DNA of 64,000 bases from Dehalococcoidia bacterium (GTDB taxonomy: Bacteria > Chloroflexota > Dehalococcoidia > SM23-28-2 > RBG-16-64-32), in assembly GCA_030649945.1 (NCBI GenBank), contig JAUSFE010000040.1, forward strand, positions 26,266 through 90,265, in the 5' to 3' direction. Made by a program: the position numbers and the translations under genes. Shown in pieces: positions 28,045 through 37,473 of the stretch; positions within the stretch are counted from its first letter, which is position 1; every line of letters starts with the position of its first letter. The notes under the pieces are model-generated. The model ran no database searches, was not told the origin of the DNA, and saw nothing but the letters and a program-made list of their open reading frames with translations.

Positions 28045-28767
28045 TCAAACCGGCCCCCAGAACTCCTCCAGGTACGCCGCCGATTCCGCCGGGAACTGCT
28101 CGGGCCACCAGTGGCTCCCCGGCAGCGTCACGAGGCGCGCCCCCGCCCGCTCCGCCATCCGCTTCGCGAACTCGATCTGCGTGTATGGGTCCTTTTCGCC
28201 CCATATCAGCAGCCCGGGCCGGGCGCTCATCCCCTCGACGTCCGCGTGCCACTCCTTCATGTACGTCACCGCCGACCGGTACAGCGGCAGGACGCTCGCC
28301 TTCATCCGGTCGTCTACCCTGGACGCCACCTGCCGGGCGGCTTCCTCCGGCACCCCTTCGGTGGTCAAAGCAGTAACCATCGCATCCAGAGTGAACCCCG
28401 CCATCACCTGCTCGCCCGTCCCCGGCGTCTGCCACATCTTCGCCAGCGGGTGCCAGTCGTACCCCTCGTCGATCGCCGCGCCCCCGATCGCCCACGTCCG
28501 CACAAGGTCCGGCCGCACCTGAACCAGCCGCGCCGTCAGCAGCGCCCCCCAGTCGTGGCCAACGATGTCCACCGGCGCCCCAACCTTCTCCACCTCGCCG
28601 ATCAGCCACTCCAGGTACTCCTCCTTCGTGCACCCGAACCCATCGGGCAGGTCCGTGCCAAACCCCGGCAGCGAAACCGCGCTGGTGTCCTTGCGGGAGA
28701 GGCGCCCTCGAACCCCATCCCAGAGATGATGCGTGTCAGGCACCCCGTGTACGAATATCGCCGGCAT
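28045..28767 (-). CDS. alpha/beta-hydrolase fold protein
   Basis: MPAIFVHGVPDTHHLW...VGHDWGALL (GHDWG nucleophile elbow). GGAAGG-rich SD upstream. Confidence 0.8.
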   Translation of the reverse strand: MPAIFVHGVPDTHHLWDGVRGRLSRKDTSAVSLPGFGTDLPDGFGCTKEEYLEWLIGEVEKVGAPVDIVGHDWGALLTARLVQVRPDLVRTWAIGGAAIDEGYDWHPLAKMWQTPGTGEQVMAGFTLDAMVTALTTEGVPEEAARQVASRVDDRMKASVLPLYRSAVTYMKEWHADVEGMSARPGLLIWGEKDPYTQIEFAKRMAERAGARLVTLPGSHWWPEQFPAESAAYLEEFWGPV

Positions 28768-28804
28768 GTTCCCTTCCTTCCTTATCCTTCCTTCTTCCCA
28801 CTTC

Positions 28805-29386
28805 TTATCGCGAGAACGTCCCCGTGATCTCGCCAGCCGCCAGCACATGCCCCTGCATCGCCGCCTCCACCTCGCCCCGCGAGGCGCCGGGCTCGAGGCC
28901 GAGCGCGGCGTGCAGCGCGTACACCGTCATGACATATGTGTGTGTCTGGCCCCCGGGAGGGCACGGCCCTGCGTAGCCGATCTCGCCCCTGCTGTTCGTC
29001 CCCTGCGCCGCGCCGTTCGGAAGGCGCCCGTCCTTCGACACCGATTCGAATCCAGTGTTGTTCGGCGGGATGTCGTACATCACCCAGTGCACGAACGGTT
29101 CGTCACCCGGAGCGTCCGGATCATCGAGGATGAGAGCGAACGACTCGGTGTTCCCCGGTTCGCCACTCCAGGATAGCGGGATCGGCGCCTCAGCGCCGTC
29201 GCAGCTGAACTTGACCGGGATCTGACCTCCCTCGGCGAAAGCCGGCGACACCACCGCCAGCACGTGGACCTGTGGAGACGGCGACGCCGTTCCGCTCGGC
29301 GGCCCGCCACGGGCGCCGTTATCACCGCCGCAGGCGGCCAGGAGCAGCACCGGCACCACCACGGCCCATGTCCACCTCACGATCAT
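28805..29386 (-). CDS. YbhB/YbcL-type phosphatidylethanolamine-binding protein (PEBP) lipoprotein
   Basis: Signal/lipobox VVVPVLLLAACGGD. PEBP motifs DPDAPGDEPFVHWVMYDI and GYAGPCPPGGQTHTYVMTVYAL. Confidence 0.75.
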   Translation of the reverse strand: MIVRWTWAVVVPVLLLAACGGDNGARGGPPSGTASPSPQVHVLAVVSPAFAEGGQIPVKFSCDGAEAPIPLSWSGEPGNTESFALILDDPDAPGDEPFVHWVMYDIPPNNTGFESVSKDGRLPNGAAQGTNSRGEIGYAGPCPPGGQTHTYVMTVYALHAALGLEPGASRGEVEAAMQGHVLAAGEITGTFSR

Positions 29387-29400
29387 GGCCCGCCCTCCCG

Positions 29401-30687
29401 TTACAGATACCTCTCCGCCATCTCCCCCGGCACCGCGTTCGCCCGCGCGATCTCGGCGAACATCGCCGCGCTCGGCTTCGGGATGCGGCGCAGCGTCCCC
29501 TCCTCGCGGGCGAACAGCCCGAACTTCTGGCGGAAGCCCTCCGCCCACTCAAAGTTGTCCTGGAACGTCCAGTGCAGATAGCTGCGCAGGTCCACTCCCT
29601 CGCGCAGGGCCCGGTGCGCCTGCGCCAGGTGGCGCACGACGTACCGGCGGCGCTGCTCGTCGTCGTCCGTGCCGATGCCGTTCTCTGTTATGTAAACCGG
29701 CACCCCGTACCCGGCCGCCCTCTTCAGGCACTGATAAAATCCGTCCGGATACACCTCCCAGCCCATCGTGCTCGTCTCCGCGTCCGCCGGCGGCGGAACC
29801 TGCTCGATCATGGCCGGCGGCGGCCCCGCCTTCACCACCGCGCGGGAGTAGTAGTTCACTCCCACGAAGTCCCACGCGCCCTTGAGCCCCTCCACCGGTT
29901 CGCCATCCCCCGCCGGCGGGCCGATGACGCCGTCCCGCAGCCCGTCCAGCCAGTACGCGTTCAGGTACTGGTCCATGAGCTGCGCCGCCTGCCGGTCCTC
30001 CTCCGTGTCGCCGCCGGGCATCACGTATGTCATGTTGATCACCGGGCCGATCTGTGGGCTGTGCGGCGCCGACTCCCGGATCGCCTGGTGCATGCGTCCC
30101 AGGGCGATGAGCACATGGCGTGTCGCGGTCAGGAACTCGCGCGGATCGCGATGGCAGGGCGGGAACTCGCCCATCAGATAGGCGGCCGCCGGCGTCACCG
30201 AGGGCTCGTTCACCGTCAGCCAGAACGGCACAGCGTCGCCCAGCTGCTTCGCCATGTAGGCGGCGTAGCGCCCCAGCAGCGCCGGCGCCTGCGGGTTCAA
30301 CCAGCCGCCCTGTTCCTCGAACCAGACGGGGTTGCAGAAGTGGTGCAGGGTGGCGAACGGCGTCAGGTTGTGCCGGCGCAGGCAGTCCACAACGCGCCGG
30401 TAGTGCTCCACTTCCTTCTCGTCCCAGCGCCCCTCCTGCGGCTCGATGCGGCTCCACTCGATGGAGAAGCGGTAGGCGTTGTGGCCAAACTCCTCCATCA
30501 GCCGGCAGTCCTCCTCGAACCGGTTGTAGTGGTCGCACGCCGGCCCGGAGGTCGTCCCGTCCTTGACGTGCCCGCCCTCCTGCTCCCACCGCCACCAGTG
30601 GTTGTTGCGGTTGTTCCCCTCCACCTGGTGCGAGGATGTCGCCGTCCCCCAGTGGAAGCCGTCTGGAAACCTGAGCTCCTGCCCCAT
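29401..30687 (-). CDS. GH1 beta-glucosidase
   Basis: FPDGFHWGTATSSHQVEG N-terminus. LTVNEP acid/base and YITENG nucleophile motifs. Confidence 0.92.
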   Translation of the reverse strand: MGQELRFPDGFHWGTATSSHQVEGNNRNNHWWRWEQEGGHVKDGTTSGPACDHYNRFEEDCRLMEEFGHNAYRFSIEWSRIEPQEGRWDEKEVEHYRRVVDCLRRHNLTPFATLHHFCNPVWFEEQGGWLNPQAPALLGRYAAYMAKQLGDAVPFWLTVNEPSVTPAAAYLMGEFPPCHRDPREFLTATRHVLIALGRMHQAIRESAPHSPQIGPVINMTYVMPGGDTEEDRQAAQLMDQYLNAYWLDGLRDGVIGPPAGDGEPVEGLKGAWDFVGVNYYSRAVVKAGPPPAMIEQVPPPADAETSTMGWEVYPDGFYQCLKRAAGYGVPVYITENGIGTDDDEQRRRYVVRHLAQAHRALREGVDLRSYLHWTFQDNFEWAEGFRQKFGLFAREEGTLRRIPKPSAAMFAEIARANAVPGEMAERYL

Positions 30688-30820
30688 GCGCTTCGCTCCG
30701 CCGGACTACCGACGCTGTCTTTGCTCCAGCATCACCTTGACGATCGGCGAGCGCGACCATCGCCAAAGCGAGCCCCCGGCCCTGGGCAGTGGGAGCCCTC
30801 TAGCAAGTGCCACTGATCTC

Positions 30821-31153
30821 CTATCCTTTATCTCCCGGTGGCCGATATGTGATCGACGAGGACTTCTGCAGGGCTGCGAGCGTCTCCTCAACCGTCAGCA
30901 AGACAGTCGTCTGGAGGGAGCTCAGTGCTCCGCCGGCGCTGATTGCGATCGCCGTGGCTGCCATCGAGACGTTATCCGGGGCCTCCCACAAGGTGTATGC
31001 GTCGTGATCGCCGAAGGCATACCAGAAACCATGCAACTTTCCGCCGACCGCCTCGATGTACTGCTTGGCTGCCGCTCGGCGGTCCTCGGGGTTCTTGATG
31101 AGCTTCGCCCACGTTGCCGGTGTGTAGCTGAACCGGGTCAGGTAGAACGGCAT
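30821..31153 (-). CDS. GYD-domain protein
   Basis: 110 aa with YTLWEAPD...AISAGG core typical of the GYD family. Confidence 0.65.
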   Translation of the reverse strand: MPFYLTRFSYTPATWAKLIKNPEDRRAAAKQYIEAVGGKLHGFWYAFGDHDAYTLWEAPDNVSMAATAIAISAGGALSSLQTTVLLTVEETLAALQKSSSITYRPPGDKG

Positions 31154-31249
31154 CGGTCTTCCTCCTTCGCTTTCATCCCGCCGGCGGCAAAGTGTGTCGG
31201 ATCAGATATCCCTAGCGTGCGCTTCGCGCGTCTGCACCGCAAGACCCAC

Positions 31250-31340
31250 TGGTTATTGCGACAGTTGCCCTCCACCTGGTGCGACGAGGTGGCCCGTCCC
31301 CCAGAGGAAGCCTTCCGGAAACGCCAGTGGATTAGTCATC
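31250..31340 (+). pseudogene. duplicated 5' fragment of the GH1 gene (about 85% identical to 30600-30690)
   Basis: ccactggtt.ttgcg...ccctccacctggtgcga..gt..ccgtcccccag.ggaagcc......aaac matches the region encoding HWWRWEQEGGHVKDG of the GH1 gene. No intact reading frame. Confidence 0.5.
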
Positions 31341-31364
31341 AGCCGTCCATTTTTCTTGCGTCAG

Positions 31365-32336
31365 TCAAAGCCGTATCTCCTTCTCCAGCCAGTCGATCTT
31401 CTCGTTCTTTCGCCTCCAGAAGACGTCTTCCCAGATGTAGTGGACCGCGAGCATCGAGTACCTGCCGTACCGGCTCGTGATATCGTCCCTGATCAGGTCT
31501 GCCGGCACCAGCGGCCTCTTGTAGAAGAGGCGGGAGTAGATCTTCTGTTGCCAGGGGGCGATATGGTCGAACGTGTCGTACTGATGGCAAGCTTCAAACA
31601 ACAGAATGCGCGCACTTTCGGGACCAACTCCGTACAGCATCATCAGTTCCCGTTTGGCGTCGTCCTTATCCAGGCCTCGAATCCGGTCTTCATCCACCTT
31701 TCCTTCGGCGAAATCCTGCGACAAGCGCTTCACGAACTTTGCTCTGTACCCGATTTTCAAGTCTCGCAAGTCCTGTTCCGAAACGTTCGCGAGGTCTTCC
31801 GGCAGCCAGACTGCAAACATATTCCTGCCGTCAAACTCGAGTCTCGTGCCGTAGTTCTCGAGGAGTGCGCTCATCATCTGCACGGTCCTCCTCACAGTCG
31901 CATTCTGAAGGACCACGGCGACAATCAAGAGGTCATACAAGCCATGGGCTGTCGAATTCCGCATCCCCAACCACCTCTTGAAGACCGGGAAGAAGCACTT
32001 GTCGGCCTTCGCCAGTTTGTTGAACTCGCTCAGGTCGGCGTCCAGGTCGAAGCGCCAGACAATCTCGCGCTTGACGGTCTCTATCTCGCTGTCAAAAATC
32101 GCGCCGTCGTGGAAGACTGAGACCCCTAGACTGGGCTTTCCGGCTTCCGTCCTGTCCTCGACCTTCAATCCAAAGAGCTTCTTGCCCGCGCGGATCGCCT
32201 GCCAGTACTTGCCGGGCTCCCAGGCGCTCAACCCATCGGGGAAGTGAGACGGCTTGTGAAAAGTCCCGTCGAAATGGAACGGGGCCGAGGGCGCGACGAG
32301 GAACTCTGTGTTGTCCGGAAGTACCAGCGACTTCAC
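31365..32336 (-). CDS. HhH-GPD superfamily DNA glycosylase (AlkA/Ogg-like)
   Basis: LMMLYGVGPESARILLFEA helix-hairpin-helix plus downstream conserved Asp. The region has visibly lower GC than its surroundings. Confidence 0.7.
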   Translation of the reverse strand: MKSLVLPDNTEFLVAPSAPFHFDGTFHKPSHFPDGLSAWEPGKYWQAIRAGKKLFGLKVEDRTEAGKPSLGVSVFHDGAIFDSEIETVKREIVWRFDLDADLSEFNKLAKADKCFFPVFKRWLGMRNSTAHGLYDLLIVAVVLQNATVRRTVQMMSALLENYGTRLEFDGRNMFAVWLPEDLANVSEQDLRDLKIGYRAKFVKRLSQDFAEGKVDEDRIRGLDKDDAKRELMMLYGVGPESARILLFEACHQYDTFDHIAPWQQKIYSRLFYKRPLVPADLIRDDITSRYGRYSMLAVHYIWEDVFWRRKNEKIDWLEKEIRL

Positions 32337-32407
32337 CGCGAGAGTCCGTCAATACTGGAAACCGCTCGCCAGGCTGAGAGACCTGGCGCCGGCGCGCCCT
32401 CCACCAC

Positions 32408-33292
32408 CTACTCCCCCTCCTGCCGCTCCTGCACCGCCTGCGCCCGCCGCTGGTCGATCAGCATCTTCACGATGGGCGATGGCTCCAGCGGCTGCCAGTC
32501 CCGCTTTGCCTCGTCGAATGGCTGCGGCCACTCGATCTCCAGCTCCCGCACCTCGCCTCCGCCTGAGCCGGACGCCTCGTCCAGCAGGCGTAGCGCCTCG
32601 CGGATGATCCGCAGCTGCGTCTCACGGTCCCCCGGCATCCCCAGCGGGTGGCCGAACGGGAACTCGACGCCGATCGTCCTGGGCGCACCCATCTTCTCCG
32701 ACCAGTACGGCATGTTCGTCACGATCACGGTGCTCAGCCCCAGGCTCTCCAGTCCGCGTGCCAGCACGGGCACGTTGCGGGCGCAGTCCGGTCAGGCGGG
32801 TGTCAGCAGGGCCACGTCCACCGCCTCGTCCTTCATCAGCCCGGCCACTTCCGGGATGTACTTCTCCCGCCACTCGGCAGTGTTGTTCTGGTAGCCCATG
32901 AAGGAGTAACTGGTGGGCGCCAGCGAGCCAACGTCGCCTGCCGTCTCCAGCTCGCGGAACCGCTCCACCGGCAGCACGATGTTCACGTCCATCAGCAGGT
33001 CGCGATTGTTGATGTGCAGGTGGCTGGCGCCTATCTGATCCTGGCGGACGTCGCTGGGGATGCGGCGGTACGTCGGGTCGCCCCACATCGGCTCGCGCCG
33101 CTCGCGCTCGGCGTCAAAGGGCGGCTCCACCCCCTTCACGTAGATGCCGGCGGTGGTCACCAGGGCGAACCGGGCCTCGCGCACAGGCTTGCGCAGGGGC
33201 GTCCAGGGGATGGGCTCCTGCCGCTGGACCGCGAGGTTGCGGTAGTACGCGGCGATGGATCCCGGCAGGTATTTGAAGCTGTCCACGGGCAT
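32408..33292 (-). CDS. PrdB/GrdB-family (glycine/proline reductase B-type) selenoprotein candidate; in-frame TGA at 32792-32794 read as Sec
   Basis: The track ORFs 32792-33292 and 32408-32773 are in the same frame, separated only by TGA plus 6 codons. Joined, they read ...EAVDVALLTPA-U-PDCARNVPVLARG..., paralleling the PrdB ...GVDAVILTAG-U-GTCHRSAVII... block. N-terminal blocks also match (ALVTTAGIYVKG; SYSFMGYQ). Confidence 0.65.
32754..32780 (-). promoter_or_regulatory. SECIS-like stem-loop 11 nt downstream of the in-frame UGA
   Basis: mRNA: UGA-CCGGACUGCGC-CCGC(AAC)GUGCC-CGUGCU-GGCAC-GCGG. A 9-bp bulged stem with a 6-nt G/U-containing loop, at the spacing typical of bacterial SECIS elements. 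Confidence 0.45.
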
Positions 33293-33468
33293 GGCGGCAC
33301 CTCCAGTGCTCCGCCCATTCTAGCAGCCGGCCGGCCGGGTTGCGCACGGTCTGCGGCTGATTACCGAACGTTCACCCCGCGTCAACCGGCGGCCGGTAAC
33401 GATGCCGGCGCCCGCCGCCTCATACCTAACGGGAGAGCCAGACAGCAGTCAGGAGAAAGGACACGCAG

Positions 33469-34065
33469 TTGCTCCGTCAGTTCGACGATCTCTACATCCC
33501 GCAGGACGAACGCACGCTGCAGCGCATCCAGCGCCGGGCCGACGAGATCGATCGCCGCGTGCGCAACTGGGCCCAGTCCGTGGTGAACGTCTTGCCCCGG
33601 GGCCTCTCGCTGCACGAGGACGAGGTCTACATCCTGAGCCTGTTCCTGGCCCAGCAGAGGCGTCTGAACCTGGAGATGGACTCCCTCAACCCGCCGGTGA
33701 CCCTGCGCACCCGCCTGGGCCGCGTGCTGCCGCTGGTGGGCGAGGCCGAAGAGGACCCGGAGCTGCTGCGCGCCTTCCATCGCATAGTCTCCACGCGGCT
33801 GGAATCCGACATCGACCGCGCCTGCGGCTTCTTCTGCCGCGACCAGAACGTGCCCCCTATCTCCGACCCCGCTATCGATTGGCGCGTGGCCATCCGCTTC
33901 ATGGCCCAGAGCCTGCACAGCCTGGCCAACCAGATCGACATGCGGCAGTACGGCAGCTCCCCGCGACGCTTCGAGCTGGCAGTGCTGGCGCGCGACCTGG
34001 CGCCCGCCGTCGTCGATAAGCGTCGCGCGCTTCTCGCCGCCTTCAGCACAGACCCCGTGCTGTAG
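33469..34065 (+). CDS. hypothetical protein
   Basis: 198-aa ORF. TTG start with AGGAGAAAGGA SD. No recognisable domain. Confidence 0.45.
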   Translation: MLRQFDDLYIPQDERTLQRIQRRADEIDRRVRNWAQSVVNVLPRGLSLHEDEVYILSLFLAQQRRLNLEMDSLNPPVTLRTRLGRVLPLVGEAEEDPELLRAFHRIVSTRLESDIDRACGFFCRDQNVPPISDPAIDWRVAIRFMAQSLHSLANQIDMRQYGSSPRRFELAVLARDLAPAVVDKRRALLAAFSTDPVL

Positions 34066-34160
34066 GTGGAGCGGTAGAACAATAGAGCAATAGAGCAACA
34101 GAACAGGCGGCCCCACGCTCCACTGCTCCCTTGCTCGGACGACGCAGGTTGGGGCCGGGG

Positions 34161-34244
34161 GCACTGTCCACTACCCACTACCCACTACCCACTATCCACT
34201 ATCCACTATCCACTATCTCCACTATCCACCATCCACTATCCACT
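34161..34244. repeat. (CCACTAY)n heptanucleotide microsatellite (about 12 units) upstream of the GDPD gene
   Basis: actgtccactacccactacccactatccactatccactatccactatctccactatccaccatccactatccactag. Confidence 0.65.
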
Positions 34245-34258
34245 AGTACACTCATCCC

Positions 34259-34963
34259 GTGCGCCCCCTGGTCATCTCCCACGCCGCCTGCGCCGGCCAC
34301 GCGCCGGAGAACACCCTGGCCGGCATCCGCCGCGCGCTGGAGCTGGGCGCCGACGGCATCGAGATCGACGTGCAGACGACGGCCGACGGCGTGCCCGTCC
34401 TCATGCACGACCTGACGGTGGACCGCACGACCAACGGCCACGGCGAGCTGGCGAAGATGAGCCTGGCGCAGCTGCGAGGGCTGGACGCCGGCGGCGAACC
34501 GCCACCCACGCTCGCCGATGTCCTCCAGCTCACGAAGGGCCGCGCGCTCCTCGTCGCGGAGATCAAGCAGCCGGGCATCGAGGAGCATCTCGCGGGGGCG
34601 GTACGCGAGGCGGAAGCCGTGGACGACGTGATGGTCTGGTCGTTCTTCCCGCAGGCGCTGGCGGCGATGCGCGCAGCCGAGCCAAGCCTGCCGGGCGGCC
34701 TGCTCCTGGGGCCACAGACCCTGCCGCAGTGGCCGGAGATGCGCAGGCTGGCGTTGAGTCTGGGCCTGCAGGCGGTGAGCGTCTTCTGCTATGGCATCAC
34801 GGAGGAGATACGCCGGGACACGCAGCGCAGCGGCCTGGCGCTGTACGCCTGGACGGCGGACCCGGTGGAGGAGATCGCGCGGCTGATCGCCCTTGGCGTA
34901 GACGGCGTCTGCACCAACTACCCGGACCGCGCCCTGGCGCTACTCAGCCCACAGGCGTCCTGA
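34259..34963 (+). CDS. glycerophosphodiester phosphodiesterase (GDPD family)
   Basis: ISHAACAGHAPENTLAGIRRALELGADGIEIDVQTTADGVPVLMHD canonical GDPD N-terminus (catalytic His/Glu/Asp). GTG start. Confidence 0.85.
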   Translation: MRPLVISHAACAGHAPENTLAGIRRALELGADGIEIDVQTTADGVPVLMHDLTVDRTTNGHGELAKMSLAQLRGLDAGGEPPPTLADVLQLTKGRALLVAEIKQPGIEEHLAGAVREAEAVDDVMVWSFFPQALAAMRAAEPSLPGGLLLGPQTLPQWPEMRRLALSLGLQAVSVFCYGITEEIRRDTQRSGLALYAWTADPVEEIARLIALGVDGVCTNYPDRALALLSPQAS

Positions 34964-34999
34964 CTGACGCGCGCCCCCTTGCTATACTGAGAGCAAGGT

Positions 35000-35075
35000 A
35001 GGGGCGTAGCTCAGTTGGAAGAGCGGCGGTCTCCAAAACCGCAGGTCGGGGGTTCGAGACCCTCCGCCCCTGCCA
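35000..35075 (+). tRNA. tRNA-Trp (anticodon CCA), CCA encoded; integration target
   Basis: Acceptor AGGGGCG/CGCCCCT, anticodon loop CTCCAAA, T-loop GGTTCGAGACC. The 3' 45 nt are duplicated at 42907-42951. Confidence 0.92.
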
Positions 35076-35130
35076 CTAATTCGTATCTGAAATCGGCCTC
35101 AGAGCGCCGTCCAGTCCGCGAGCCGTGGGC

Positions 35131-35154
35131 GTTTGACAGCAGATTTGACAGCAA
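35131..35154 (+). repeat. putative integrase arm-type site (TTTGACAGCA x2), left end of element
   Basis: Identical 24-mer recurs at 42789-42812 near the other end, in the same orientation. Confidence 0.4.
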
Positions 35155-35271
35155 CCAGCGACGCAACGGGGTGCTAAACGCTCTCGGCCACGGCCACGAT
35201 CACCGCAGGGCAAGCCGCGCGAAGGCTTCAGTAGGTGATATCATCCTGACTTAAAGCAAGGAGATGCATCG

Positions 35272-35517
35272 ATGACACGGCTCTACTGGAAAGCCAAAGA
35301 CGCAATCGAATTCGCGCGGCGCTTCGAGGCGCTCTGCGATGCCACAAAGGGCACCCCTAATGCCCCGCTTGTGGACCGGCTCGGCGAGGTGCTGACCCTG
35401 GAAGGCACGGACACGACAGCGATCTTTCACACCCTCGCGAAGGGTGCCAGCGCGTCCCAACTCCAGGTCCTGCAGGACATCTACGAAGCCGAAGGGTTCC
35501 AGGCTGACGGCTACTGA
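35272..35517 (+). CDS. hypothetical small protein (element cargo)
   Basis: 81-aa ORF, start preceded by AGGAGATG. No recognisable domain. Confidence 0.35.
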   Translation: MTRLYWKAKDAIEFARRFEALCDATKGTPNAPLVDRLGEVLTLEGTDTTAIFHTLAKGASASQLQVLQDIYEAEGFQADGY

Positions 35518-35801
35518 GCGGGACGCGCTCTTACCCGCCGAAACATAGGTTTCAGTCCCCGGCACCGTCCCAAATGTAGGCCGCAAGGGGTGGTTAGCCG
35601 GGCTCGCAACTACCACGGCCCGCTACCACGCCCCGCACGGGGCGCAGCCGCGCCAGGCGCACGGCAGGCCACTACCCCCCCCTTCATTTTCCCCGGAGTT
35701 GTTGTCGGCAGACTTCATTGCAGCCTGCAAGGAAGTGGTTTCGCCGTCACGCTTGCCCTGCTCGCGTTCCAGTTCTGCTAATAGCGCCCCGCCAAGACTA
35801 G

Positions 35802-36404
35802 TTAGCGCTGCAACACGCTGAGCGGCGGGTCCGCTACCTGTAGGCGCGCCGCTGCCATGATCCGCGCGCCGTGATGGGCCACGAAGGCGCTTGCGTAGTC
35901 GCTGGCCGCCGCCTCTTGCTGCTCGTAAGTCGCGCCGGGATGTAGTGGGGTGTAGTGCAGATGATGGACTTCATGGGCCACGGTGCGAACGGAGGATTCA
36001 GCGTCCTGTTCGGCGCTAACCCAGAACTGCCCGCGCTCCCATAGGGCGACGCCGGTCAACTCAACGTCGGAGGTAATGAGGACTCGCCCGCTGCCGCCAA
36101 ACGCCTCGAAGTAACCCATATCGCCCGCCACGTTAAGCTCGTCACCGGCCAAAAAGTGCGCGTATTCCGTGGCGGCCTTTAAGAGCGCCGGCGGCGAGTG
36201 ACAGCGCCCATACTTGAAGGTAGCGGCCTGACTGGCGGCGACGGCGAGTACGGAGATGACAGGTCTTAGCGGCACTTCCACGCGATACGGCTTCGATTGC
36301 TCCTTGACGATTGCCCGCGCTCTTTCGAGAATGTCGCCCGAGATCAGCCCCGGCGGAAGAGCCGGGCGGAAGAGCGACGGCGGGTCCGCGTATCGCAGTG
36401 TCAT
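35802..36404 (-). CDS. putative zinc metallopeptidase (HExxH; ImmA/IrrE-like?)
   Basis: VAHEVHHLHY contains HEVHH. About 200 aa. Its location in a mobile element fits an anti-repressor-type peptidase. The family assignment is an inference. Confidence 0.4.
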   Translation of the reverse strand: MTLRYADPPSLFRPALPPGLISGDILERARAIVKEQSKPYRVEVPLRPVISVLAVAASQAATFKYGRCHSPPALLKAATEYAHFLAGDELNVAGDMGYFEAFGGSGRVLITSDVELTGVALWERGQFWVSAEQDAESSVRTVAHEVHHLHYTPLHPGATYEQQEAAASDYASAFVAHHGARIMAAARLQVADPPLSVLQR

Positions 36405-37072
36405 TTCGCCTCTCCCGCCTGGGCAATCATCGCCCTCAACGCGGCGAGCCTTCCGGCGACTTCGCCAGCACTGAGCGCTTCCAACTTCAGCGCTTCCGCC
36501 TGCAACCGGGCCTCGTTGATCGCTGCCAACTGGGCTTGCACGGCTTCCCCGTTGCCAGTAAGCGGCGAGCGCTGTTCCGTCACCAGGTTCAGCGTCCCGC
36601 CTGAGACATTGATTGGAGTCCGGCGGACTTGCTCGAAGAGGACGCTCAGCTCGCCCAGGAACGCGGCGATCTCGGGGTCCGCCGTCGCCTCAAGCTCCGC
36701 ACTCAGCGCGTCACGCTCGCGGGCGAAGCGGGCGCGAAGGTTGCTCTCCACAATGGCGGCCTCCCGGAGCGCGGCCGTCGCCGTCTCCACCGCCGTCTGT
36801 GCAGCTCCCACGCGGGCCTGGGCTTTGGCGCGGGCGTCAACGAGTGCAGGTAACGCCGCCTCAAAGTCCGCCGTCAGCGCTGCTATCTGCACCGCCTTTG
36901 CCTTGCGGAGTGCGAGCTGCTCTCGGGCGTCTTCCTCGATGATTCTTTGCCCAATCGGCCCGGAAGTCAGCCTGTCCAAAACCCTTTGCGTGAGCGTTGG
37001 GTTTGTCATGTTGTTGCCCCTTTCCTGGCTAGTCGTTTGGTTCGTACTCCGGTCATGTACCTCGTGCGACAC
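36401..37072 (-). CDS. hypothetical coiled-coil protein
   Basis: Ala/Glu/Leu/Arg-rich heptad-like sequence. Start may be the internal MTNPT (37009). Confidence 0.4.
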   Translation of the reverse strand: MSHEVHDRSTNQTTSQERGNNMTNPTLTQRVLDRLTSGPIGQRIIEEDAREQLALRKAKAVQIAALTADFEAALPALVDARAKAQARVGAAQTAVETATAALREAAIVESNLRARFARERDALSAELEATADPEIAAFLGELSVLFEQVRRTPINVSGGTLNLVTEQRSPLTGNGEAVQAQLAAINEARLQAEALKLEALSAGEVAGRLAALRAMIAQAGEAK

Positions 37073-37379
37073 CGAGGGGGGTGCCTCTCGTCTTCCCCAA
37101 CAGCAGGCGAAGGCGGGCCTCGGCGGCAGCGATGCGCGAATTAGTCGCCTTCAGCCGGTCCTTCCAGCGCGTGCCGTACACGTACCGCGTGTATTCGTCG
37201 TCTGGCAGGGTGCGGTAGTGGCTGGCGTCTGCCTCCAGGGAGCTGAGAAGGCGTTGGACGCGCCGGACCTCGTAAGCCGCGGCCTGCCTGCATATCTCGC
37301 CGCAGAACAGTCGCGGGCGTCCCGTCTTTGGTTGCTGAAGAGCCGTTCCGCACTTGGCGCAACCTAGTTTCTCAGACAT
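37053..37379 (-). CDS. hypothetical zinc-ribbon protein
   Basis: MSEKLGCAKCGTALQQPKTGRPRLFCGEICRQ has a CxxC...CxxxC arrangement. Start at the internal Met of the track ORF. Confidence 0.4.
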   Translation of the reverse strand: MSEKLGCAKCGTALQQPKTGRPRLFCGEICRQAAAYEVRRVQRLLSSLEADASHYRTLPDDEYTRYVYGTRWKDRLKATNSRIAAAEARLRLLLGKTRGTPLGVARGT

Positions 37380-37473
37380 GACCCCCCCTGCCGAATACGC
37401 GGGCAAAAACGCGGCGCTGCACACCGTATTAGAAGCGATGGCAGGCCCAGCGATTTGGCCCGGATATTGGGGG

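Noticed and set aside
29272-30816. 514-aa plus-strand ORF and 405-aa minus-strand alternate frame (29549-30766)
   Set aside because: Both overlap the GH1 beta-glucosidase gene, whose frame shows the conserved glycosidase motifs. The others are Arg/Pro-rich shadow frames.
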